A stretch of DNA of 63,950 bases, counting the filler, from Atractiella rhizophila (lineage: Eukaryota): assembly GCA_021432655.1 (NCBI GenBank). It is 7 parts of 6 records of this genome, joined end to end, with 100 filler letters (N's around TTAATTAATTAA, not from the genome) between each part and the next. Parts side by side here need not be neighbours in the genome. Positions count along the whole stretch, not along the records: positions 33,863 to 50,627 come from MU271891.1; positions 50,728 to 55,723 come from MU271919.1; 5 more parts are not named here. The stretch is one strand, 5' to 3'. The position numbers and the translations under genes are program-made. Shown here piece by piece: positions 38,719 through 51,241 of the stretch (the first letter of the stretch is position 1; each line of letters starts with the position of its first letter). A model generated the notes under the pieces. The model was not told the DNA's origin. It worked only from the letters and a program-made list of their open reading frames with translations, and searched no databases.

Positions 38719-40239
38719 GGTAGTAAATTGAACCATCCCTGACCAATTATCTTGATCCCAGTTTCAAACATTATTGGGAAGCCGCCATTTCCAATTCGGC
38801 GCCACTCTTACAATAGAGAAATGCACTGTTTTTCCGTTTGCAGTTCTTCTTCTGCCCTTTGAATGTTCCCCTCTTGCATTCACCACGGCCTATGATATCA
38901 GAGCTCTGGAGGTGACGACAGAGCCTGAGAAAAAACAGAACCTTCTACGATTCTGTATAAAGGGAACTCTAAGTTGACCGCCGTCGAAATTCTGTCTAAG
39001 AGCGGATTTTGGAGTTAACTCGTGTTGGGCAGGCAAATCGGACGCTCAATTCGTTAACGAATAAGCTGAGCTTCGGATATTTTTTGCCTCTGACTCATCA
39101 TTCAACAATTGGCTAGATGTTCTGCAATCAAGTTTAAGGGATACTACACTAGCTATGTGTCAGGTTGTGAAGGAAGGACAAATAGGAAGAACTGTAATAA
39201 TGGTGAGCCTACTGGTTACGGTTCTCTCATACGTGCCAAGTCCGTTTGAATTGTAACGTCTGCATTTTATTTCACGCCTGCACGATACAGATTTTGTGTT
39301 ACAACTTATCCTTGCATTTGATGGCATTGAAAAATGTGCCTTTGACGAGTGAAAACGCTAGTAGTAGACAATATCGTAAGCGCATGACTATGTGTTATCC
39401 AATATCCATTTCATCCCTCAGTCACAAATGCAGAGTAATTTTGCTTCTGCTCACTGTGATTACTCTGCTTCTGGTCAAAAGTATGACCGCGTCTGGACGA
39501 CGGAGCCATGCTAGTCATCAATAATGAAAAGAATTGCAGATAGACTGTTTGAGACTTGCCTGAACATGAGGAACATGTAGGTGGTCGAACTTCTCGGGCA
39601 TGAACGGCTTGAGGAGCGAATTATCTGATACATCAAACAAGGCTTGAATGGGTTGAGTGTACCGAGTTCATAGGTTCTATCAATGGAGGACACACTTACT
39701 GTTCCCCATTGTCGAAGTTATCACGACAAGCAGCCATTTCGGGCATGAACGGGCTAATTACGAATAACAGCTGCATCAAACAAGGCTTGACTGACTTGAG
39801 TGCGCCGAGTTCATTGAGCGCAATAAAGATTGAGCACAAATCTTGATGGGAAGGGCAGTTCGGCCACGGAAGCTTACCGTTCCCTTATCATCGAATACAT
39901 AAGTTAACTATTATCCCCTTGTCCGTACTTCATTCATGCCAACTAATGTTGCACGGCGAAGTTGCGGTGGGGAATCATTGAAGTGATCACGCAAGGGGCA
40001 AGTAGAGCTGGAAAGGGACCAATCTGATGCTCACCTCATCCAGCCCGCCGTGGCACCCTCGCCGCTGCTGATTGACGATCACCAATCATTAATCACTGCA
40101 AGTTGCTTCAATGTGCGGCAACAGTGCGAGACATGGCGACATCTATGGAATCTGAGCGACCTTAAAAGGGATGAGGGAGGATGAGGTAGCTGCATCAGGA
40201 GAAACTCAGCTTGAAGCTCACAAGCAAAACATCTCAGAC

Positions 40240-41364
40240 ATGACTTTCAAAACCTTCGCCATCGCTGGAATTTCTGGAACCGTCTCTAAGACTTTCCTGC
40301 AAAGTGTAGGTTTATCTACTCTTGTTCAAAGCGGCTGCCTGAGGTGGCAATCTAGTTTCTCGACCTCCCCACTGTCCCGAAGATATACATTCTCAGTCGC
40401 CAGGACAAACCAGACATTCCCTCACATCCAAACGTCATTGTAGTTAAAGTAGACTATTCCTCGCCAGATACGATTGCCGCTTCTATTCAGGGCAAGGGGA
40501 TCGAGGTCCTGATCAGCACCATTGGTGGGAATCTGCTGGCGCAGGAACCGTTGGTTAAAGCAGCGAAGAAAGCGGGAATCAAGCTTTTCGTTCCCTCTGA
40601 ATACGGTTCAATTCCCAAAGGTGAGGTCGACTTCGAACTCATAAATTTGACATGGAGCACTGACATGGTTCAACGGACAGAAAACAGCCCTCTTGCACCG
40701 AAGCTCACCATTCGCAAGCTGGCAGAAGAGGAAGGAATACCTACTGCGATCTACCTCAACAGTCTTTTTGCAGAATATGTGTCTTGGTAACTCCAGTTCT
40801 TCCTGTTGCATCCATGAGATGTCAACCATACTTATTCTTGTTTCTGCAGGCTGTTCGGGAAAGAGAAAGTGAAGGTCTTAAACGGGAACAGCATCCTCAG
40901 CATCACATCATTCGTCGACGTCGGTCGCTTCGTCGCCTGGTCGTTGACCACGCTTCCAGAAGAGCAGCTGTACAACTCTATTTGGAGGTTGGAAGGAGAT
41001 CGTCTGACCATCAAAGAGGTTGCCGTATGTTTCCCTTCTCTCTCAACAGTTAGGTATTCACCGATAGTCCGTACTGCAGGAATTGCTGAAGAACAAATAT
41101 GGTGGTGAAATCGTCCATGTGAAGAGGGATGACCTCCCGCTTACCCAAGATCTTGCGGGCTTCGTCAACTTTCTTCTTGTTCATGTTTGTTGTTCTTTTC
41201 TTCAGCAGCTTCGCTTGAAAAACATTTCTTTGCAGATCGATGACGGTTATGGGACGACTACATTCGATTTAGGGCCAGGTGACTCTTCGGAGCGCATCAA
41301 TGCTGTCAAAGTCTGGCCAGAATGGAAGCCCAAGAAGTTTGCGGAGTACTTAAGCAGCGCATGA
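40240..41364 (+). CDS. NmrA/isoflavone-reductase-like NAD(P)-binding protein, copy A
   Basis: MTFKTFAIAGISGTVS, VKVDYSS, IEVLISTIG and LVKAAKKAGIKLFVPSEYG, across about 5 short introns. Confidence 0.85.
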
Positions 41365-41620
41365 AACGGGATGGTAGTTCTCCCTTAGAAGTTGTGAATC
41401 ATAGGTGGCACCGATGTTAGGAGTTAGGAAATGTATGAAAACGAAGAGGTTGTTTAGTCATCCCTCTATCAGCAAGCATGAACAGTAGGCACCTTTTGGA
41501 GCCCCAGGTCGGACATTCTTCCCGCGCGGCAGAAAGCATCGGTCACGGATACGTCGTTTGCGTCGTTCCCAATCCCGTCATGGGGCTAAGTCATTTCCCC
41601 CAACTTTCTTCTAAAGCACC

Positions 41621-42474
41621 ATGAATCATTTTCTTTGTGACAACGAAGCGTTCATCCAATCAGCAGCACAAAGTCTTGGATCTGGGGATGATCCAATTTT
41701 CGCCTTCGATGCAGAGGGGTTAGATCTTGGCGATCTCAAAGGGATGCTTTCGATCATGTCATGTTACTCCCTTTCCTCAGAGTCCGTCGTTTACCTAATC
41801 GACGCGGTCTCCGTCGCCCCTGCTGCGTTGGAGCCAATATTCAAGCTGCTTCGAGACAAGAAAGTGACCAAGGTTCTGTGGGACGGACGGATGGACCAAA
41901 GTGAGCTATGGAACGCTTACGGCGTCAAGATGGAGGGATGCCTCGACCTTCAACTCGCGGACGTGCTTCAGCGTTCAAAGGTGGAAGGGTGGGACAAGCG
42001 GGTTGACAGACTCGTCCGGAAACGATATACGACTTTGTCGAGAGCACTAAAGGACAGAGAGATGTTTGGGCAGATTCATGCTTTGCGTGGTTTGAAGGAA
42101 ACACACCACCAGCTTTTTCCTTATTTGTCCAGTACGTAATGCTTTTACACGTATTGACCATTTTGCGGCGCTCACCACGATAATCACAATGTCTAGATAC
42201 AGAATATACCAAATTCAAGCATGAACAATGGATGGTGCGACCTCTGAGCACGAAATACCTCAAATACGCAGCTGAGGACGCGCTCAAAATCGCCAAGATC
42301 TACCACGACTTCAAAGCAGCATCTTACCTCGACGAGGCAACCGTCCAAAACCTTTTCGACCAGACTGCTCGCTACCTCAGTCCTGGATTGAAGGGACGAA
42401 ATGATTTCAGCGATAAGTTTCGAGCACACGCGCTCTTGCCTCTCGAGATCTTGGATCCCTCGCCAGACACCGAT
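41621..42474 (+). pseudogene. DEDDy 3'-5' exonuclease (EXD1/RNase D-like), 3'-truncated at the duplication junction
   Basis: Near-identical to 48786-49640, but switches to SDR sequence at 42475-42476. Confidence 0.8.
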
Positions 42475-42475
42475 A

Positions 42476-43390
42476 CGAGGATTGGGTACAGTGTTATTTT
42501 CATGCAAACCGAGCTCATTGAAGGTGTATAGGTCTCGAGTATGTTAGGCAACTGTCCTCAGATTCCGACAACACCGTCTTTGCGCTAGCTAGGGATCCTT
42601 CATCTGCATCAAGTCTCGCAGCGCTAGCTAAGGAGCGGAAGAACATCTCTATTATCAAGGCTGATGTTTCCGACCTGGATCAAATCGCTCAAGCGGCCAA
42701 AGAAGTAGAGGCTCAGTTGAACGGCAAAGGTCTCGATATTCTGGTGAACAAGTTCGTATTACCCCTCTTAAATAATAAACACTCAAATTCTTTTCAGTGC
42801 TGGCATCACTGGAACTCCTCAGGGTGCAGACGTAATGACCTTCCCCTTCACCTCCAACACGGCGGAAGCCTTCACAGAAGCGTTCAGAGTCAACGTCGTT
42901 GGGCCCATCGAGACTACAAAGGCTTTCCTACCGCTGCTTAGGAAGGGAGTAGACAAGAAAATCGTCTTCATCTCCTCCAACCTCGGACTCCAGTACAAGG
43001 TTGGCACACCGCTCGATTTTGATGCGAACAAAGTTGGAATGTCTGGACCGTACTCTGTTTCGAAGACGGCGCTCAATATGGCAAGTCATAAGCTTGCAGT
43101 CGAGCTCGGAAAAGAAGGATTTATTGTCTTCCTCCTTCATCCTGGCTGGGTAAGCTTCGTTCTTCCCTCCATTTCCACCTGACTCAAAGATCATTACAGG
43201 TTAAGACTGATATGGGTATCTCTTCTTTCTTTTGAATTATCGGAGGCTCTAACTATGTCAATAGGAACGGATTATGCCCCTATGACCCCAGAAGAGAGCA
43301 TCAAGCTTCAGTTGGACAAGTTACACTCGTTGACAGAGAAAGAAAGTTCGGTCTTCTGGGCCGCTGATGGGCTCCCTGTTGGATTTTAAG
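42476..43390 (+). pseudogene. Second SDR copy, lacking its first 12 codons as assembled
   Basis: Begins at CGAGGATTGG, equivalent to position 37804 of the first copy. The rest of the frame is intact with a few substitutions. Confidence 0.8.
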
Positions 43391-44911
43391 GTAGTAAATT
43401 GAACCATCCCTGACCAATTGTCTTGATGCCAGTTTCAAACATGATTGGGAAGTCGCCATTTCCAATTCGGCGCGACTCTTACAATAGAGAAACGCACTGT
43501 TTGTCCGTTTGCGGTTCTTCTTCTGCCATTTGAATGTTCCCCTCTTGGCTTCACCACGGCCTATGATATCAGAGCTCTGGAGGTGACGACAGAGCGGTGA
43601 GAAAAAACAGAACCTTCTACAATTCTGTATAAAGGGAAGTCTAAGTTGACCGCCGTCGAAATTCTGTCTAAGAGCGGATTTTGGAGTTAACTCGTGTTGG
43701 GCAGGCAAATCGTACGCTCAATTCGTTAACGAATAAGCTGAGCTTCGGATATTTTTTGCCTCTGACTCATCATTCAACAATTGGCTAGATGTTCTGCAGT
43801 CAAGTTTAAGGGATACTACACTAGCTATGTGTCAGGTTGTGAAGGAAGGACAAATAGGAAGAACTGTAATAATGGTGAGCCTACTGGTTACGGTTCTCTC
43901 ATACGTGCCAAGTCCGTTTGAATTGTAACGTCTGCATTTTATTTCACGCCTGCACGATACAGATTTTGTGTTACAACTTATCCTTGCATTTGATGGCATT
44001 GAAAAATGTGCCTTTGACGAGTGAAAACGCTAGTAGTAGACAATATCGTAAGCGCATGACTATGTGTTATCCAATATCCATTTCATCCCTCAGTCACAAA
44101 TGCAGAGTAATTTTGCTTCTGCTCACTGTGATTACTCTGCTTCTGGTCAAAAGTATGACCGCGTCTGGACGACGGAGCCATGCTAGTCATCAATAATGAA
44201 AAGAATTGCAGATAGACTGTTTGAGACTTGCCTGAACATGAGGAACATGTAGGTGGTCGAACTTCTCGGGCATGAACGGCTTGAGGAGCGAATTATCTGA
44301 TACATCAAACAAGGCTTGAATGGGTTGAGTGTACCGAGTTCATAGGTTCTATCAATGGAGGACACACTTACTGTTCCCCATTGTCGAAGTTATCACGACA
44401 AGCAGCCATTTCGGGCATGAACGGGCTAATTACGAATAACAGCTGCATCAAACAAGGCTTGACTGACTTGAGTGCGCCGAGTTCGTTGAGCGCAATAAAG
44501 ATTGAGCACAAATCTTGATGGGAAGGGCAGTTCGGCCACGGAAGCTTACCGTTCCCTTATCATCGAATACATAAGTTAACTATTATCCCCTTGTCCGTAC
44601 TTCATTCATGCCAACTAATGTTGCACGGCGAAGTTGCGGTGGGGAATCATTGAAGTGATCACGCAAGGGGCAAGTAGAGCTGGAAAGGGACCAATCTGAT
44701 GCTCACCTCATCCAGCCCGCCGTGGCACCCTCGCCGCTGCTGATTGACGATCACCAATCATTAATCACTGCAAGTTGCTTCAATGTGCGGCAACAGTGCG
44801 AGACATGGCGACATCTATGGAATCTGAGCGACCTTAAAAGGGATGAGGGAGGATGAGGTAGCTGCATCAGGAGAAACTCAGCTTGAAGCTCACAAGCAAA
44901 ACATCTCAGAC

Positions 44912-46038
44912 ATGACTTTCAAAACCTTCGCCATCGCTGGAATTTCTGGAACCGTCTCTAAGACTTTCCTGCAAAGTGTAGGTTTATCTACTCTTGTTCA
45001 AAGCGGCTGCCTGAGGTGGCAATCTAGTTTCTCGACCTCCCCACTGTCCCGAAGATATACATTCTCAGTCGCCAGGACAAACCAGACATTCCCTCACATC
45101 CAAACGTCATTGTAGTTAAAGTAGACTATTCCTCGCCAGATACGATTGCCGCTTCTATTCAGGGCAAGGGGATCGAGGTCCTGATCAGCACCATTGGTGG
45201 GAATCTGCTGGCGCAGGAACCGTTGGTTAAAGCAGCGAAGAAAGCGGGAATCAAGCTTTTCGTTCCCTCTGAATACGGTTCAATTCCCAAAGGTGAGGTC
45301 GACTTCGAACTCATTTAAATTTGACATGGAGCACTGACATGGTTCAACGGACAGAAAACAGCCCTCTTGCACCGAAGCTCACCATTCGCAAGCTGGCAGA
45401 AGAGGAAGGAATACCTACTGCGATCTACCTCAACAGTCTTTTTGCAGAATATGTGTCTTGGTAACTCCAGTTCTTCCTGTTGCATCCATGAGATGTCAAC
45501 CATACTTATTCTTGTTTCTGCAGGCTGTTCGGGAAAGAGAAAGTGAAGGTCTTGAATGGGAACAGCATCCTCAGCATCACATCATTCGTCGACGTCGGTC
45601 GCTTCGTCGCCTGGTCGTTGACCACGCTTCCAGAAGAGCAGCTGTACAACTCTATTTGGAGGTTGGAAGGAGATCGTCTGACCCTCAAAGAGGTTGCCGT
45701 ATGTTTCCCCTCTCTCTCAGCTGTTAGGTATTCACCGATAGCCCGTACTGCAGGAATTGCTGAAGAACAAATATGGTGGCGAAATCGTCTATGTGAAGAG
45801 GGATGACCTCCCGCTTACCCAAGATCTTGCGGGCTTTGTCAACTTTCTTCTTGTTCATGTTTGTTGTTCTTTTCTTCAGCAGCTTCGCTTGAATAACATT
45901 TCTTTGCAGATCGATGACGGTTATGGGACGACTACATTCGATTTAGGGCCAGGTGACTCTTCGGAGCGCATCAATGCTGTCAAGGTCTGGCCAGAATGGA
46001 AGCCCAAGAAATTTGCGGAGTACTTAAGCAGCGCATGA
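44912..46038 (+). CDS. NmrA/isoflavone-reductase-like protein, copy B1
   Basis: Nearly identical to 40240-41364 with the same exon structure, but a different 3' flank. Confidence 0.85.
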
Positions 46039-47344
46039 AACGGACGTTGTACTAACACTATAGTTCCATAAAAGTTTTGAAATGATAGGCGATGTCAATG
46101 TTAGGAAATACATGAGAAGGAGGAAACGAAAGAGGTTGCTTCGTCTCAGCTGACGGCATGCTGTTAACAAGCACTGATAATGGGTATCTCTTCTTTTGAA
46201 TTATTGGACCTCACTTCAGTCGCAGTTATATGTTGTTTACGAAAGAAGGGACAAATGAGAAGAACTGCAATAATGGTGAGCTGGTTCGTCTTATAGTTTT
46301 CTGGTTATGATTCTCTTATTCCTGCAGAAGTCCGCTTGAATCGTGGTGCCTGCATTTTGTTGCTCGCATGCACAATAAGGAATTGTATGCAGCATATCCT
46401 TACACATTTGATCTCATTGAAAACATATGCCTTTGATGGCCGAAAGTGTCAGTAGTGACAGGAAACATCGCAAGCCACCTAGACTGACTATGTGTCATCA
46501 ACCTTGTCTGTCAGTGGCACAGCAGCATGATTTTTCTTCTGCTCACAATAATTATTCTGCTTCTGATCAGAAGTGTTACCGCAATTGGACCATGCAGACT
46601 TGCTAGTTATCAACAGTGAGAAGACTTGCAGAAAGACTGTTTCGAGACTTGCTTAACAAGGCAACATCTAGGGTGTTGAGATTTTCGGGTTAAAACGGCC
46701 CAACTAAGAAATACCAGCTTTGTGAACAAGGCTTAATTGGCTTGAATATGCCGAGTTCATTAAGTGCTCTAAATGAATGAGCACAGAACCTGGTGCGGCC
46801 ATGGAGGCTTACCGTTGTCCAAGTTGTCACAACCAGCAGTCACTTCGGGCATGAACGGCCTGGAAAACCCAAATACCATCTGCATCCAACAAACATCGAC
46901 TAGCTTGAATGCGCCGAGTTCATTAACCGCTACAAACGAATGAGATGAGACGGGCAGTGAGGCCCGAAAGTTTGCCGTTCTCCCATTATAGAAGCTACAT
47001 GGTTACTATCCGACCTGCTCTTCTTGCCCCTACTTCATTCATGTCAAATGATTTTGCATTGTGAAGGGGCAGGGATCGGTGTCGTGATCACGCAAGGTCC
47101 AAGTAGAACTACAGGAAGGGCACCGATCTCATGCTCACCTAGTCCACTTCAGACCGCTGCACCCTCGCCGCTGCTGATGATGATTACTAATCATTAATTA
47201 CTGCACGTCCCCTCAATGCACGATAACAGGGCGAGACGTGGCGACATCTACGGAATCTGAGCTAATTTAAAAGGGGACGAGGGAGGATGAGGTAGCTGCA
47301 TCAAAAGAAACTCAGCTTGAAGCCCAAAAGCAAATATCTCAAAC

Positions 47345-48527
47345 ATGCCTTTCAAAACCTTCGCCATCGCTGGAATATCTGGAGCCGTCTCCAAGGCTTT
47401 CTTGCAAGGTGTAGGCCTATCTTCTCCTGTTCACGATGGATTCTGAGATGACAATTCAGTTTCTGGACCTCCCTACAGTCCCAAAGATATTCATCCTTAG
47501 TCGCCAGGACAAACCTGACATTCCTTCTCATCCAAATATCACAGTACTTAAAGTAGACTACACTTCGTCGGATACTATTGCCGCTTCTCTTCGAGGCAAG
47601 GAGATTGAGGACTTAAAGTAGACTACACTTCGTCGGATACTATTGCCGCTTCTCTTCGAGGCAAGGAGATTGAGGTCTTAATCAGCACCATCGCTGGGAA
47701 TCTACTGGCGCAGGAGCCTTTAGTTCAAGCAGTGAAGCAAGTGGGAATCAAGCTTTTCGTTCCCTCCGAATTTGGTGTTATTCCCAAAGGTGAAGTTGTC
47801 CTCAACCTCAGTCAAGAAATGGAGCATTGATCTGATTCAATGGACAGAAAACTCCCCTCTTGCGGCGAAACTCACTATTCGCAAGCTGGCAGAAGAGCAA
47901 GGAATCCCGACTGCCATCTACCTCAACGGTCTTTTTGCGGAATATGTGTCTTGGTAACCCCAGTCCTTCATTGCAATCATGAGATGGCAAAGCATACTTA
48001 TTCCTCTTTCTGCAGGCTGTTCGGGAAAGAGAAAGTGAGGGTCTTGAACGAGAACAGGATCGTCAGCATCACATCCTTCGTCGACGTCGGTCGCTTCCTC
48101 GCCTGGTCGTTGACCACCCTCCCAGACGAGCAGCTGTATAATTCTATTTGGAGGTTGGAAGGAGATCGTCTGAGCGTCAAAGAGGTTGCTGTATGTTTCC
48201 CCCCTCTCTCGACCGTTAGGCGTTTCGCCGATGACTTGCTGCAGGAAATGTTGAAGAACAAATACGATGCTGAAGTCGTCCATGTGACGAAGGACGACCT
48301 TCCCCTTACGCAAGATCTTGCGGGATTTATCAACTTCTTTCTCCTTTATGTTGGTTTCCCTCTATTCGTCATCTTCAGGGAATAACCTTTCTTTCTAGGT
48401 TGATGAGGGTTGCGGGACGAGTACTTTCGATTTAGGACCTGGCGACTCTTCGGACAGGATCAATGCTGTCAAAGTTTGGCCAGAATGGAAGCCCAAGAAG
48501 TTTGCGGAATACTTAAGCAGCGCATGA
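47345..48527 (+). pseudogene. NmrA-like divergent paralog B2, frameshifted by a 65-bp internal tandem duplication as assembled
   Basis: MPFKTFAIAGISGAVS...GIKLFVPSEFG...KKFAEYLSSA*. Segment 47546-47610 is repeated at 47611-47675, giving KEIEDLK*. Confidence 0.8.
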
Positions 48528-48785
48528 AACGGGATGGTAGTTCTCCCTTAGAAGTTGTGAATCATAGGGGGCACCGATGTTAGGAGTTAGGAAATGTATG
48601 AGAACGAAGAGGTTGTTTAGTCATCCCTGCTACCAGCAAGCATGAACAGTAGGCACACTTTGGAGCCCCAGGTCGGACGTTCTTCCCGCGCGGCAGAAAA
48701 GCATCGTTCATGTATACGTCGTTTGCGTCGTTCCCAATCCCGTCATGGGGCTAAGTCATTTCCCCCAACTTTCTTCTAAAGCACC

Positions 48786-49775
48786 ATGAATCATTTTCTT
48801 TGTGACAACGAAGCGTTCATCCAATCAGCAGCACAAAGTCTTGGATCTGGGGATGATCCAATTTTCGCCTTCGATGCAGAGGGGTTAGATCTTGGCGATC
48901 TCAAAGGGATGCTTTCGATCATGTCATGTTACTCCCTTTCCTCAGAGTCCGTCGTCTACCTAATCGACGCGGTCTCCGTCGCCCCTGCTGCGTTGGAGCC
49001 AATATTCAAGCTGCTTCGAGACAACAAAGTGACCAAGGTGCTGTGGGACGGACGGATGGACCAAAGTGAGCTATGGAACTCTTACGGCGTCAAGATGGAG
49101 GGATGCCTCGACCTTCAACTCGCGGACGTGCTTCAGCGTTCAAAGGTGGAAGGGTGGGACAAGCGGGTTGACAGACTCGTCCGGAAACGATATACGACTT
49201 TGTCGAGAGCACTAAAGGACAGAGAGATGTTTGGGAAGATTCATGCTTTGCGTGGCTTGAAGGAAACACACCACCAGCTTTTTCCTTATTTGTCCAGTGC
49301 GTTATGCTTTTACAACGTATTGACCATTTTGCGGCGCTCACCACGATAATCACAATGTCTAGATACAGAATATACCAAATTCAAGCATGAGCAATGGATG
49401 GTGCGACCTCTGAGCACGAAATACCTCGAATACGCGGCTGAGGACGCGCTCAAAATCGCCAAGATCTACCACCGCTTCAAAGTAGCGTCTTACCTCGACG
49501 AGGCAACCGTCCAAAACCTTTTCGACCACACTGCTCGCTACCTCAGCCCAGGATTGAAGGGACGAAATGATTTCAACGATAAGTTTCGAGCACATGCGCT
49601 CTTGCCTCTCGAGATCTTGGATCCCTCGCCTGACACTGATGAGAAGATTGTGTGCTCGGGTTGTCAAAGAGCGCTTAGCGGCGAGAAGTCTTTCAGAAAG
49701 GCTGAGAAGGATTTGAAGGGACGAGAAAAATGTTTCGTCTGCAGAGTTATCGCTTGGAAGAACGGTGTCCTTTAA
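48786..49775 (+). CDS. DEDDy 3'-5' exonuclease domain protein (EXD1/Egalitarian/RNase D-like) with C-terminal CxxC..CxxC
   Basis: ExoI FAFDAEG, ExoII KVLWDGRMD, LDLQLADV and ExoIII WMVRPLS..YAAED. Tail CSGCQR...CFVCR. One intron at ~49298-49362. Confidence 0.85.
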
Positions 49776-51241
49776 TCCACGTATTTCTGCCCCTGCCAGG
49801 AATGATATCTCTCTCCTGCTTGCCTCCAAATTCGGATGGTTTGTGGAATACGTGACTTGTGAAATATGTCAACTATTGAAATGGGACTTTTTGTACTTTG
49901 TCGGAATTAGTTACAGAGCATTTTGCGGCGAACAAGGTCGCGCAGCTCTTCGCCAACTTGAAAACTACGCTACACCTCCTTGGCCATCAATTTCCTTCGG
50001 AATTATTTCCATCAGACCATCCGTCCCGCTTCAAATATAATATCACTATAGCACCGTGACATTGGTATCAGCAGCGCAAGAGTGTACGCAAGAGACATGT
50101 CGATTGAAACTACACTTTCAAGTTCCGAACTTTCTCCCTGAACCGAATGAAGCAAATACATGTATCTCTCAGCCAACACAGTGAGGGTAATCGGGGTCAT
50201 GTATTTTTGGATGATTGTGAGAAGACAATTTTGGCCCACTGGTCGCCTTCTCAGTACCAATTGGTTTACAAGTTCTCCAAGTTTTCTGCCCGCTCTTCGG
50301 CCCATCAAGGCACTTCTGCAGCAGAATATTGGAAAGAAACGCAAGGACTAAGGTGGACAAGAGGCGTGGCGCAAACTCGCACCGGAGACGTCACCAATTC
50401 CAGATCCCCCGGGTTCATCTTTATAAAGAGCTGTTCCTTTGGATCCTCCTAGTCTTTCTTCCGTCCCTTGCACGACCAAATCGACCAAACCAGCCTGGAA
50501 GAAGTCCACCACCAGCAAGCATGAAGGGGAAAAAAGAAGCGGAGGATGTACAACGCACGGAGTTTTTGGCGGACAGTTGAACAGACATTCGGGCCGTCGA
50601 TCATTCATTTCTTATCGTCCACGCAGGNNNNNNNNNNNNNNNNNNNNNNNNNNNNNNNNNNNNNNNNNNNNTTAATTAATTAANNNNNNNNNNNNNNNNN
50701 NNNNNNNNNNNNNNNNNNNNNNNNNNNAACCACCGTAAAATCACACAACCGTGACATTGAGAACAAACGTCAAAAACGTTAAGGATATCATTTTCATGGA
50801 ACATAACCGGAACCGCTCATCATGCCGCATTTCAATGTTTAGCGGACAATGACTTAATGACTCGCTATTGCAGGTTGGACACCCTGGCAAACGAAACGAA
50901 ACAATCGCTTTATCACTGATCTCAGAGGGGATCTCGAAGACGAATTGGCTTCGTGGCAACAGACTGTGAATAGTGCCGACATGTTTTTCGACTTATGACA
51001 AACTTGTGGTCACTGTCTTATTTAATCTATCCTGCACTGGCAATGATGATGGCCAATTTCTTGCTTCGAAGCAATGTGGAAGAAAACGACGAATTACACT
51101 ACGTGGTATTCTAAAGCGTACACTCAGACCGTTCAAACCAAATCAATCAAATAAAAGCAGGCATTTTCATCTCACAGACCAATTTTCAGCACAAAAAGTT
51201 CGAGAAGCACCCCCAATCCGATTTTTCTCCAATCCAGCCAA

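Larger units (their letters stand above)
42476..46043 (+). repeat. Near-identical duplicate of 37804-41369 (offset ~4672)
   Basis: SDR, intergenic region and NmrA gene are repeated with scattered substitutions. The ORF track repeats at the same offset (e.g. 39246/43918, 40171/44843). Confidence 0.95.

Noticed and set aside
37768..49775. Secondary-metabolite gene cluster (SDR plus NmrA genes)
   Set aside because: No backbone synthase, transporter or pathway transcription factor on this contig, and the apparent gene number is inflated by duplication.
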